A stretch of DNA of 64,000 bases from Dehalococcoidia bacterium (lineage in GTDB: Bacteria > Chloroflexota > Dehalococcoidia > Lucifugimonadales > UBA1123), in contig OY729417.1 of the NCBI GenBank assembly GCA_963422295.1, forward strand, positions 1,917,537-1,981,536, in the 5' to 3' direction. Each line of letters opens with the position of its first letter. The first letter of the stretch is position 1. This document shows positions 55,681 to 64,000 of this stretch, piece after piece. The position numbers were made by a program, and so were the translations under genes. The notes under the pieces were generated by a model. That model did not search any database and was not told the origin of the DNA. It was given only the letters and a program-made list of their open reading frames with translations.

Positions 55681-56976
55681 TCACATGGCTGTTCGTATAG
55701 TGTGCTGGGCATCGGCTGCCGGATGGCGCGGCGGTTTTGCCAAGAGCGTGATGACGAAGGCGAGGCTTCCGATGATGGCGAAAGCTATGAATGCCGTCAG
55801 ATACTGCTCGGTCATATCATATATGATGCCTGGCACCAAAACTCCGATGGCCTGCCCCATGGATGTGAACGGCTCGGTCACGCCGCGTATCGCGCCGAGA
55901 GACTGTCTTCCGAAGTAATTAGCGTATGCCACAGGCGGCACTGTCAGCATTCCGCCGAGTCCGAGTCCGAACAGGGCGGAGTATGCCGCGGCCTCTGCTG
56001 CGGTATCGACGGTGATGAATAGGAGTGTCCCCGCAGTCATAGTGATCGCAACGCCGGCCATTACCCAGCGAATGCCGACACGATCCGCGATCCAGCCCCA
56101 GATGAGGCTGCCTATACCGAGAAACGCCGCGTTCAGCGCGATGCCGACGGTTGCGGTGATCTGGCTTAGCTCCTGGTCGCGGAAGTATGCCGCTATGTGT
56201 GTGTTCGTTCCTGCCTGTATGAGAAATAGCGATCCGGTGGCGATTGCGAGTATCCACAGCGCGGGAGTTCGCATCGCTTCGCGCAAAGTCCATTCTGCTT
56301 CGTCAGAGGTTTTCGTCTCTGCTGTCTGCGTTGGGAAGTCGTCCTGCGAGTCTCCGTCCGGTCTCATCCCTACATCTTCTGGTCTTTCGACGATGAGCAG
56401 AGCGACAGGGATTAGCGCGACGACCCATACTATAATGCCTAGTGTTATCCAAGCGTTTCTCCATTCGCCGCTGGCGATTATCAGCCCCGCAATTAGCGGA
56501 AACAGTATCATACCTGCCGAGTGCGATACTGTAAGGAATCCGTTTGCTCTGCCGCGCATCCTGATGAACCAGCGCGACACGACCACCGAGGCTCCGATTT
56601 GCACGGGGCTGGAGAATATGACGCGCCCCATGCCGTATGCGAGGTAGAAGGCTATTGGCGTCGTTGCCCACGCCAGCGATATGGTGGATAGGCCTAGTAT
56701 CAGAACGCTGGCGACCAGCACGATTCGCGCGCCATATCTGTCCACCATCCATCCGACGACTGGTGATGCGAACGATGCGGCTAATCCGCCGAGGGTTGCC
56801 GAGCCCGCTATGAGTGTTCGGCTCCAATCCAGCTCCTCTGACAATGGGAATATGAATACTGCTAGTGTCAGGCTTGCGGCGGCATTTCTTACGAACAGCG
56901 AGCTGCCGGCTGTGGGCAGAATAACCCATCCATAGAAGAAAGGCGTTCTCTGCGCCAGACGACGCCCTAGACTCAA
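55681..56976 (-). CDS. MFS transporter
   Basis: 431 aa with 12 hydrophobic segments and an N-terminal FFYGW block related to the other two MFS genes. Confidence 0.85.
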   Translation of the reverse strand: MSLGRRLAQRTPFFYGWVILPTAGSSLFVRNAAASLTLAVFIFPLSEELDWSRTLIAGSATLGGLAASFASPVVGWMVDRYGARIVLVASVLILGLSTISLAWATTPIAFYLAYGMGRVIFSSPVQIGASVVVSRWFIRMRGRANGFLTVSHSAGMILFPLIAGLIIASGEWRNAWITLGIIVWVVALIPVALLIVERPEDVGMRPDGDSQDDFPTQTAETKTSDEAEWTLREAMRTPALWILAIATGSLFLIQAGTNTHIAAYFRDQELSQITATVGIALNAAFLGIGSLIWGWIADRVGIRWVMAGVAITMTAGTLLFITVDTAAEAAAYSALFGLGLGGMLTVPPVAYANYFGRQSLGAIRGVTEPFTSMGQAIGVLVPGIIYDMTEQYLTAFIAFAIIGSLAFVITLLAKPPRHPAADAQHTIRTAM

Positions 56977-57262
56977 GCTCTATTCCTACTCTCTTGCCGT
57001 GAATGACTAATACTGTTCAGGATGCTATCACTGCCGAGTTTGTATGGTCAAACGGCTGACTTGCGCGTGAGCTTTGTTATTGGCGAGTCTGATTCGTATG
57101 TCCTCGGAGGTGATATAATCTCGGTGTCACTCCTCTATATTGTTAGAGTAGTTGTACACTGTCTGCGAATTTGTCGCAGACAATGTCGAGAATTCGAATG
57201 AGCGAAGAGTTCTGGCAGGCATGTATGATGCGCTGGTACAATTGGGCTGCGTATGATTCCGC

Positions 57263-57338
57263 GCCCCTGTAGCTCAGGAGGATAGAGCATCGGTTTCCTA
57301 AACCGAGTGCCCCGGTTCGAGTCCGGGCAGGGGTACCA
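57263..57338 (+). tRNA. tRNA-Arg (anticodon CCU)
   Basis: Hand-folded cloverleaf. Acceptor GCCCCTG/CAGGGGT (G1:U72 wobble), D-arm GCTC/GAGC, anticodon stem TCGGT/ACCGA with loop TTCCTAA, T-arm CCCGG-TTCGAGT-CCGGG, discriminator A, and CCA encoded. Confidence 0.9.
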
Positions 57339-57418
57339 AATTTCGTACCCCGCGCCGGTTTTGGGTTTCTGCGAGTGCCAGCCTTTGTGATGCCCTCAGA
57401 TCTATGCGTGTCTGTCAG

Positions 57419-59461
57419 TTATCGGGCCTCTGCTCGCTCCTTCAGTTCTTGCGTGACCTGCACGACACGGTCCACGAGATGCGCGGGGACTTCTTCGTAG
57501 TGGTCGAACTCGATTGTAAAACTGCCTTGTGCCTGCGTCTGGCCGCGAAGTTCAGTGGCATATGTTAGCATCTCGGATTGAGGCGCTTCGACTTCGACGG
57601 TTGTGGTGCCGTCTCCGTTGGGTATCATGCCCTGAATGCGTCCGCGTCGGCTGTTGAGGTCGCCGATTATGTCGCCAGTAAAGGTGTCTGGGACTGTAAT
57701 AGCGGTCTTCATAATCGGCTCTAGGATGATGGGTTTCGCCTTCTGGATACCTGCTGCGGCTGCATGGCTTCCCGCTATCTCGAATGAGACGCCGGAAGAG
57801 TCCACAGTGTGATAGCTGCCGTCCACGAGTGTGGCTTTCATATCGACGACGGGATATCCGGCGAGTACTCCGCCGCTCAGCGCGCCGCGTATTCCCTTTT
57901 CTACGGAGGGGATGTATTCGCGCGGTACTACTCCGCCGACGATGGTTTCGGCGAATTCGAAGCCAGTCCCGCGCGGCAGAGGTTCGACTTCTATCCAGAC
58001 ATGGCCGAACTGTCCATGCCCGCCTGTCTGTTTTTTATGGCGATATTCGACGCGGGCGCGTCCGCTGATCGACTCCTTGTACGGCACTCGAGGTACTTCC
58101 AGTATCATCTCAACGCCAAACTTACGCTTCATCTTTTCAATAGTTACATCGAGATGCGTGTCTCCGAGTCCACCCATTATCATCTCGCTAGTGTCTGGCT
58201 GGCGTGTCAGTACGATGGACTGATCTTCCTCCGCTATGCGTGCCAAGGAGCTTGTCATCTTATCGACATCGGCTTTGGATTTTGGATAGACAGCCATATG
58301 ATAGACAGGGTGAGGGAACGATATACCTTCCAGCGTCAGCGTAGCGTCACGGGATGTGAGAGTGTGTCCTGTGAGTACTGAGTTGAGCTTCGTGACTGCG
58401 CCTATGTCTCCGGCGGCCAAGCTAGGTGTGGAGTTCTGCTGCTTGCCGCATATGGTGAATACTTGCCCAACTCTTTCGGGCTCTCCCATGTTCGAGTTCA
58501 GCAGCTGGGAGTCGGAGGTGAAAGAGCCGCTGTAAACTCTGAAGTAAGAGAGCTTTCCGACGAATGGATCTGCGGCGGTTTTGAACACGAGCGCGGCAAG
58601 GGGCCCGGAGCTGTTGCAGGGGAGGCTGCTGCCGTCTTGGGATGTCACAGCGGGCATGTCCGCAGGGGATGGCAGATAGCTTGTGGCAAAGTTCAGTAGT
58701 TCGGTTACGCCGATCTCTTTGGAAGGGGCGCCAACAAGTATGGGGATGATTGTCCTGTCTAGGATGCCCTGTCGGACGCCTGCGATCATCTCCTCTGCGG
58801 TTATCTCCTCGCCTTCGAGGTATTTAGTGGCGAGGTCGTCGTCTATTTCTGCAACTGCTTCGATCAGACGCTCGCGCCCCTCTTCATATGCGTCGGCCAT
58901 GTCACTTTGTAAATCAGATTCGATATCTAGCAGATTTACGACTCCGGAGAATGATGCTTCTGCGCCGATGGGCAGCTGCACTGGGACGAGATGGCGTCCA
59001 AATCGTTCTTGCAGCTCGTCAACTACGCCGTCGAAGTCCGCATTTTCACGATCCATCTTGGAAATATAGACAATTCTGGGCAAATCATATTCGTCCGCCA
59101 GCTTCCACAGCTGTCCGGTTCCGACCTCGACGCCTGCCTGCGCTGCTACTAAGAAAATAGCGGAATCCGCCACACGCAGGCCAGATGCGACTTCGCCTCG
59201 ATAGTCCGCGTATCCGGGCGTGTCGATGAGGTTTATCTTGTGTTCTCTCCAGGACGCATTGAGGATAGAAGTGTTGACGCTGGCGCCGCGTTTATGCTCC
59301 TCCGGCTCGAAGTCCGATGCTGTGGTGCCGTCCTCTACTCTGCCGAGTCTTGTCGTGACACCCGCCGCATGAAGCATTGCTTCGGCTAATATAGTCTTGC
59401 CCGCTCCACCATGAGAAAGCAGGATTGCGTTTCGGATGCTCTCGGAAGGGACGGCTGACAT
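57419..59461 (-). CDS. elongation factor G family GTPase (EF-G paralog)
   Basis: 680 aa with G1 SHGGAGKT, G3 DTPGYADY and G4 SKMD. The EF-G domain II-V layout is inferred from length and from blocks such as GDTHLDV and HGQFGHV. Confidence 0.85.
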   Translation of the reverse strand: MSAVPSESIRNAILLSHGGAGKTILAEAMLHAAGVTTRLGRVEDGTTASDFEPEEHKRGASVNTSILNASWREHKINLIDTPGYADYRGEVASGLRVADSAIFLVAAQAGVEVGTGQLWKLADEYDLPRIVYISKMDRENADFDGVVDELQERFGRHLVPVQLPIGAEASFSGVVNLLDIESDLQSDMADAYEEGRERLIEAVAEIDDDLATKYLEGEEITAEEMIAGVRQGILDRTIIPILVGAPSKEIGVTELLNFATSYLPSPADMPAVTSQDGSSLPCNSSGPLAALVFKTAADPFVGKLSYFRVYSGSFTSDSQLLNSNMGEPERVGQVFTICGKQQNSTPSLAAGDIGAVTKLNSVLTGHTLTSRDATLTLEGISFPHPVYHMAVYPKSKADVDKMTSSLARIAEEDQSIVLTRQPDTSEMIMGGLGDTHLDVTIEKMKRKFGVEMILEVPRVPYKESISGRARVEYRHKKQTGGHGQFGHVWIEVEPLPRGTGFEFAETIVGGVVPREYIPSVEKGIRGALSGGVLAGYPVVDMKATLVDGSYHTVDSSGVSFEIAGSHAAAAGIQKAKPIILEPIMKTAITVPDTFTGDIIGDLNSRRGRIQGMIPNGDGTTTVEVEAPQSEMLTYATELRGQTQAQGSFTIEFDHYEEVPAHLVDRVVQVTQELKERAEAR

Positions 59462-59588
59462 GTGTGGATGCTCCTAATTTCAGATTTCAGATATTTTATT
59501 AGAACACTGATGGCTGCGCAATGGATGGATAGTGGATGGTTAAGGGGAGGGTGATATACGCGCGAGGAGGGCTATCGTTGTATTCTGG

Positions 59589-60302
59589 CTAGTTCAATGA
59601 GACCACGGTGGTAACGATGCTTGCGATGACAGTAGCCCATGTGAGTCCCATCATCCCTATCAGCACGGTCACAGCGGTTCGCATGTCCTTACGCTGGTTC
59701 TCCAAGCGCTCTCCGAGGTTGGTATCCACGGCGTGTATTTCGCTGCGCAGTCTAATTTCGGAGTCTTGTATTTCGCTGCGCAGTCTAATTTCGGAGTCTT
59801 GTATTTCGCTGCGCAGTCTAATTTCGGAGTCTTGTATTTCGCTGCGCAGTCTCATTTCTGACTCATTGATTCGTATATTGGTATCATCGATGCGCTTGTT
59901 GGTATCGTCGAATCGCTTATTGGTGTCGGAGCTAATTCGCTGGACATTCTCGTTCATGACATCGAATCGCTTATTGGTATCGGAGCTAATTCGCTGGACA
60001 TTCTCGTTCATGACATCGAATCGCTTATTGGTATCGGAGCTAATTCGCTGGACATTCTCGTTCATGACATCGAATCGCTTATTGGTGTCGGAGCTAATTC
60101 GCTGGATATTCTCGTTCATGACATCGAATCGCTTATTGGTATCGGAGCTAATTCGCTGGACATTCTCGTTCATGACATCGAATCGCTTATTGGTGTCGGC
60201 GCCAATTTGCCGGATATTCTCGTTCATGTCGCCGAGTCGGGCGGAGACCTGCTCATAGGCTCCTTCGAGTCTGCTTTGACGATCTTCGGTGGTCAGTGTC
60301 AT
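59589..60302 (-). CDS. tail-anchored, highly repetitive coiled-coil protein, unknown function
   Basis: The ATG at 60302 is preceded by GGAGGGAGAG. The body consists of 18-aa, 7-aa and 11-aa tandem repeats, followed by one C-terminal TM (TAVTVLIGMMGLTWATVIASIVTTVV). Confidence 0.6.
   Translation of the reverse strand: MTLTTEDRQSRLEGAYEQVSARLGDMNENIRQIGADTNKRFDVMNENVQRISSDTNKRFDVMNENIQRISSDTNKRFDVMNENVQRISSDTNKRFDVMNENVQRISSDTNKRFDVMNENVQRISSDTNKRFDDTNKRIDDTNIRINESEMRLRSEIQDSEIRLRSEIQDSEIRLRSEIQDSEIRLRSEIHAVDTNLGERLENQRKDMRTAVTVLIGMMGLTWATVIASIVTTVVSLN
59734..59866 (-). repeat. 4 x 33-bp in-frame tandem repeat (EIRLRSEIQDS units)
   Basis: gtatttcgctgcgcagtctaatttcggagtctt occurs at 59735, 59768 and 59801, with a diverged copy at 59834. 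Confidence 0.95.
59908..60230 (-). repeat. about 6 x 54-bp in-frame tandem repeat (DTNKRFDVMNENVQRISS units)
   Basis: tggacattct recurs at 59941, 59995, 60049, 60103 (as tggatattct) and 60157, with a diverged copy at 60211. Confidence 0.95.
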
Positions 60303-60476
60303 CGAATCTCTCCCTCCAATGCTATTGTACAACGAAATACAGTATGTTTGTGTATTGGGGAGCTGGTATCGGAGGCATATCGTTCTGGGCTAGAATCCGA
60401 TTGCGCGAGCTATGTGTCGAGTATCCCCAATTTCGGAGGATCCGATACCTGATTTTTAGTATGAGGAGATGTGCAG

Positions 60477-61121
60477 ATGATTGGATTCGTTGGAGGCACG
60501 GGGCCAGAAGGCAGAGGGCTTGCGCTGCGGTTTGCGCTGGCGGGTGAAGATGTGGCTATCGGGTCGCGCGACGCTCAGAGGGCTGCTGCTGCTGCTGAAT
60601 CGGTTTCGGCTCTGGCCGACGGCCTGCGCGTTCGCGGCGGTCTGAATCAGGAAATCGCCGAACAGTCTGATATGGTGTTCGTCGCTGTGCCGTATGCAGG
60701 GCATAGGCAGACAATCGAGTCTCTGCGACCGCAGCTAGACGGTAAACTGATCGTGGATGTGGTTGCACCACTGCGATTCAGCCGCGGCGCGGCGTCCGCA
60801 GTCGATGTGGAAGAGGGATCGGCGGCGGAGCAGGCTCAGACGCTGCTTCCTAACTCCCGTGTCGTCGGAGCGTTTCATAATTTGAGCGCGGAGGATCTGC
60901 TGAATCCAGATGCCGATGTCGTTGCCGATGTCGTTGTGTGCGCCGATGACTCCGATGCCAAAGCGCAGGTCATGAGACTTGCCGAGATGATTTCAGGTGT
61001 CCGAGCTGTAGATGGTGGCGGATTGTACTGCTCGAAGTACCTCGAGCAGCTTACCGCGCTGCTGATAAACATAAACCGAATCTACAAAGCGCATTCCTCA
61101 ATAAGGATAGTAGGTATCTGA
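60477..61121 (+). CDS. npdG: NADPH-dependent F420 reductase
   Basis: MIGFVGGTGPEGRGLALRFALAGEDVAIGSRD N-terminus. GAGGAG RBS 7 nt upstream of the ATG at 60477. Confidence 0.8.
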   Translation: MIGFVGGTGPEGRGLALRFALAGEDVAIGSRDAQRAAAAAESVSALADGLRVRGGLNQEIAEQSDMVFVAVPYAGHRQTIESLRPQLDGKLIVDVVAPLRFSRGAASAVDVEEGSAAEQAQTLLPNSRVVGAFHNLSAEDLLNPDADVVADVVVCADDSDAKAQVMRLAEMISGVRAVDGGGLYCSKYLEQLTALLININRIYKAHSSIRIVGI

Positions 61122-61144
61122 AGAACGAAACGAGAGATTCCGGC

Positions 61145-62401
61145 ATGAAGGCGACTCGCCGCGCCTGTATCGAGAGCATCCTTATGAGCATATCTGCATT
61201 GGTGGCGGCCATTTTCATGGTCATGTCGTTCATGTCTGTCTCGGGAAGTCTTCGAGACGACGCTGAAATCGGCGCCGATTCTGAAAGCGCCCGCCCTTCG
61301 AGCGGTGTCGAATCGGAGCATATGATCGAATTTCCTGACAGGATCCGGTTCGATCTCAGAGTGGATTCGTCTGATGATGTGGAGTCGATCAGACTGTTTT
61401 ACACTGTCGGCAGCAACCCTGTTAGCGTATATTCGCGCCCTCTCTCTGTGGATAGCGCAGGTGGAAACCTGCGGGCGAATTTCGTAATCCATACCAGTGG
61501 AGATGGGTTCATTCCACAGGGTGTGGACATCGAGTATTACTATGCGTTCACAGATTCTCGCGGTGTCGATATTGAATCCGAACGATTCCGGTTCGAATAT
61601 CTCGATCCTCGATACGAGTGGCAGCGGCTGGAGATGGACGATTTTACGCTATTCTGGCACGACCGTCCGCGAAAACGGGTAGAAGAAGTTGCCGCTGCCG
61701 CATCCGCGTCGCTCCTCTCCGTTCGTAGTGTATTCGGAGTGGATACGGATACGCAGTTCGCCGCGGTTGCCGTAAACAGCCGTCGTGAGGCGAACAGCGC
61801 GTTTCCCCCTATCAGCCAGACTTCTCAGGATATATCTCTCTACGGAGGCTTTGCGTTCGATGACTATGGCGTTGCCGTGATGTCAGGCATGGACAGCGCT
61901 TTGCTGACGCACGAACTGACGCATCTGATGTTGGATGAGGCGCTGGATTCGCCGCGCGCCGTAGTTCCTGCGTGGCTGAATGAGGGGCTTGCGATGTATT
62001 TCGAGCCGGGAGACTACTTCCGTGAACTTTCCGGACGGCGCGCGTTGCATCTGCGGCATATGACCGCGGTACCCGGCAAGCCCGAAGATGTACGACTGTT
62101 CTACGAACAGTCCGCGAGTGTGGTTCGCTTCATGCTGGAGCAGTATGGTGAGGCGAAGATGTCCGAACTGCTGTCAGCCATAAATGATGGGCATGGCATA
62201 GACGCCGCGCTGACATCGGCATACGGATTCGATGTCGAGGGGCTGGATTCGGAATGGCGCGTCCAGATGTCGGACAGAGCATATACCGGCGCAGCCGTCG
62301 ATTTCGGCGCGCTCGGTTCGTCCGCAATTGTTAGCGGCGCGGTACTCGTGGCATGCTGCGCAGTGGTCGTCCGCTGGCTCAGAAGTCGCGCGAATGCGTG
62401 A
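61145..62401 (+). CDS. membrane-anchored peptidase MA-like zinc metalloprotease (HExxH)
   Basis: HELTHLML (HExxH) and downstream WLNEGLAMYFE (third-ligand Glu context). Hydrophobic segments sit at both termini. Confidence 0.6.
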   Translation: MKATRRACIESILMSISALVAAIFMVMSFMSVSGSLRDDAEIGADSESARPSSGVESEHMIEFPDRIRFDLRVDSSDDVESIRLFYTVGSNPVSVYSRPLSVDSAGGNLRANFVIHTSGDGFIPQGVDIEYYYAFTDSRGVDIESERFRFEYLDPRYEWQRLEMDDFTLFWHDRPRKRVEEVAAAASASLLSVRSVFGVDTDTQFAAVAVNSRREANSAFPPISQTSQDISLYGGFAFDDYGVAVMSGMDSALLTHELTHLMLDEALDSPRAVVPAWLNEGLAMYFEPGDYFRELSGRRALHLRHMTAVPGKPEDVRLFYEQSASVVRFMLEQYGEAKMSELLSAINDGHGIDAALTSAYGFDVEGLDSEWRVQMSDRAYTGAAVDFGALGSSAIVSGAVLVACCAVVVRWLRSRANA

Positions 62402-62472
62402 GCTTTATAATATGTTTGGCAGCTGTGTGTTTTTAGAGCGTCGCGCGTTGTGCGAATGAGAGGCGGAATATC

Positions 62473-63627
62473 TTGAAAGAACCGAATGGCAACCAGATAC
62501 CGAACGCCGCCTTTGTATATGACGACCGTATGACGGGACATGTACTCAGCGACACGCACCCGATGAAGCCTGTCCGGCTCAGATATACTCATGATCTGCT
62601 GTCCGCATACGGAGCTTTCGCGTCGGACAACTCGCGCATCGTCGCGCCGCGCGATGCGACTGAGAGCGAGCTGCGCTGGTTTCATACACCAGAGTATGTG
62701 GATGGGGTGGAGCGTATCGGCGCGGGCAACGGGGGAATAGATCCGCGCGAGTTCAACTTCGGCCCAGGCGACAACCCCGCCTATCCGGGCATCTACCGCG
62801 CTGCCGCCCTATCGACGGGCGCATCCGTACTAGCCGCGGATATGCTCATAGAGGGGCGGGCGGACGCCGCCTTCAACATCGCCGGCGGCCTGCATCATGC
62901 TATGCCAGACCACGCATACGGATTCTGCGTGTTCAACGATCCGGTTATTGCCATACACCGATTCTTGAAAGAGGGCATGAAAGTCGCCTATGTCGATATC
63001 GACTGCCACCACGGCGATGGTGTTCAGCATGCTTTCTATTCCACAGATAAGGTGCTGACTATCTCGATACACGAATCGGGCGCGTTTCTGTTTCCCGGCA
63101 CTGGGTTCGTTCAGGAGACCGGCGCCGGCGTAGGTAGAGGATATTCCGTCAATCTGCCGCTGTATCCTTACACCTCCGACGAGGTATATCTTTGGGCGTT
63201 CGAGCAGGTAGTTCCTCCGTTGATACGGGCGTTCGCGCCAGATGTGCTGGTTACACAGCTGGGCATAGATTCTCACTATCGAGACCCGATAACGCATCTT
63301 GCGCTGACTGTGCAGGGGTTTGGGCAAGCAGTCGCGGAGCTTGGCGCTCTATCGCCGGGCAGATGGCTTGCTCTCGGCGGCGGAGGCTACGATCTTCAAG
63401 CCGTCGCCCGCGCGTGGACGATGGCATACGGCATTATGTCTGGGCAGCGGTTTTCTGACTCTGTCCCGGATGCGTATCGCCGTGAGCATGGCGTAACTGC
63501 ATTGAGCGACCCTGAATCTATTGGGCTGGATGACAAATTACGGCAAGACTCGCGTACTTTCGCTGAGGCCAGCGTCCAGTCAGTCCACAGGCTGATATTC
63601 CCGACGCATGGTATCGGAAGCGTATAG
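62473..63627 (+). CDS. histone deacetylase / acetoin utilisation (AcuC-like) family deacetylase
   Basis: GGLHHAMPDHAYGFCVFND and DIDCHHGDGVQ motifs. TTG start with a GAGAGG upstream. Confidence 0.85.
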   Translation: MKEPNGNQIPNAAFVYDDRMTGHVLSDTHPMKPVRLRYTHDLLSAYGAFASDNSRIVAPRDATESELRWFHTPEYVDGVERIGAGNGGIDPREFNFGPGDNPAYPGIYRAAALSTGASVLAADMLIEGRADAAFNIAGGLHHAMPDHAYGFCVFNDPVIAIHRFLKEGMKVAYVDIDCHHGDGVQHAFYSTDKVLTISIHESGAFLFPGTGFVQETGAGVGRGYSVNLPLYPYTSDEVYLWAFEQVVPPLIRAFAPDVLVTQLGIDSHYRDPITHLALTVQGFGQAVAELGALSPGRWLALGGGGYDLQAVARAWTMAYGIMSGQRFSDSVPDAYRREHGVTALSDPESIGLDDKLRQDSRTFAEASVQSVHRLIFPTHGIGSV

Positions 63628-63663
63628 ATTCGATCTGCGCGCTATGACTCTTTTTACGGGTTT

Positions 63664-64000
63664 TTACGGGTCTCTGTCCGTTAGCGCCCATCTCAGGGCG
63701 TTTTCGATGTCGTGGTGACGGAATACGAAGCCGCTTTTTATCAGCCTGTCAGGTGACATTCGTATGCTGCCCAACGCGGTATCTGCCATCTCCCCCATGC
63801 CGATTCGCAGGGCGAAACGCGGCGCGATGAACATTGCCGGTCTGTGTACCGCGCGCGCAAGACTTCGGGTGAACTCGGCGTTCGAGACAGGATTTGGGCT
63901 GGTTACATTTACTCCGCCTGCCATGTCTTCACACTCGATCATCCACATGATTGCATCCGTCAGATCCGCGCGTGTTATCCAGCTCATATATTGGGAGCCG
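63664..64000 (-). CDS. TIGR01777/YfcH-like epimerase family protein, C-terminal part (5' end outside window)
   Basis: The C-terminal block RMSPDRLIKSGFVFRHHDIENALRWAL is typical of the DUF1731 tail. The frame is open to the window edge. Confidence 0.65.
   Translation of the reverse strand, partial: GSQYMSWITRADLTDAIMWMIECEDMAGGVNVTSPNPVSNAEFTRSLARAVHRPAMFIAPRFALRIGMGEMADTALGSIRMSPDRLIKSGFVFRHHDIENALRWALTDRDP

Noticed and set aside
57263-57338. tRNA-Arg as the attachment site of an integrated element.
   Set aside because: There is no integrase, no direct repeat of the tRNA 3' end that I could find nearby, and the flanking genes (MFS, EF-G paralog) look chromosomal.
59734-60230. The regular short tandem repeats could be a CRISPR array or a non-coding satellite.
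   Set aside because: The repeats are contiguous, with no unique spacers. All periods are multiples of 3, and they lie in one long ORF with a good RBS and a terminal TM helix. No cas genes are present in the window.

Overview
All calls come from reading the supplied ORF translations and the raw sequence by eye. No alignment, HMM or folding tool was run, so product names are motif-level recognitions and start codons are provisional.

The window is a gene-dense, fairly GC-rich bacterial chromosomal segment with about 50 credible CDS and one tRNA. I found no rRNA, CRISPR array, transposase or integrase.

The backbone is catabolic and transport-oriented:
- a hydantoinase B fragment, an LLM flavin oxidoreductase, an ADP-forming acyl-CoA synthetase and three tandem CitE-like lyases
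- family III CoA-transferase, acyl-CoA dehydrogenase, two SDRs, a sulfatase and F420-type PPOX/NpdG proteins
- three MFS paralogs and a peptide-type ABC importer

Housekeeping genes are uvrA, prmC, an EF-G paralog and tRNA-Arg(CCU).

The gene mix suggests a Chloroflexota-like, possibly SAR202-type marine organism. Supporting points are the many LLM/CoA-transferase/MFS/F420 genes, a lipoprotein with a long Pro/Thr/Ala linker, and expansion of the Uma2 family. This is inference only.

Several accessory features interrupt the backbone:
1. Four head-to-tail, near-identical Uma2-type PD-(D/E)xK nuclease genes whose C-terminal 21-bp (heptad) repeat number falls 5-4-3-0 along the array.
2. A solitary DNA methyltransferase fused to an HNH nuclease domain.
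3. A solitary OLD/ABC-type ATPase with a possibly degenerate TOPRIM-like tail, in an AT-rich islet.
4. An AT-rich restriction-modification remnant wedged directly behind uvrA. Its nuclease ORF is split by one in-frame TGA, and its methyltransferase carries an Mrr-like C-terminal extension.
5. A tail-anchored coiled-coil protein built almost entirely from perfect nested 54/33/21-bp tandem repeats.

Other points of interest are a REC-PP2C/STAS/RsbW-like partner-switching module with its own HAMP histidine kinase but no sigma factor gene, a tandem-fused CoA-transferase preceded by a perfect 42-bp duplication, and a GT-C membrane glycosyltransferase with two PA14-like domains.
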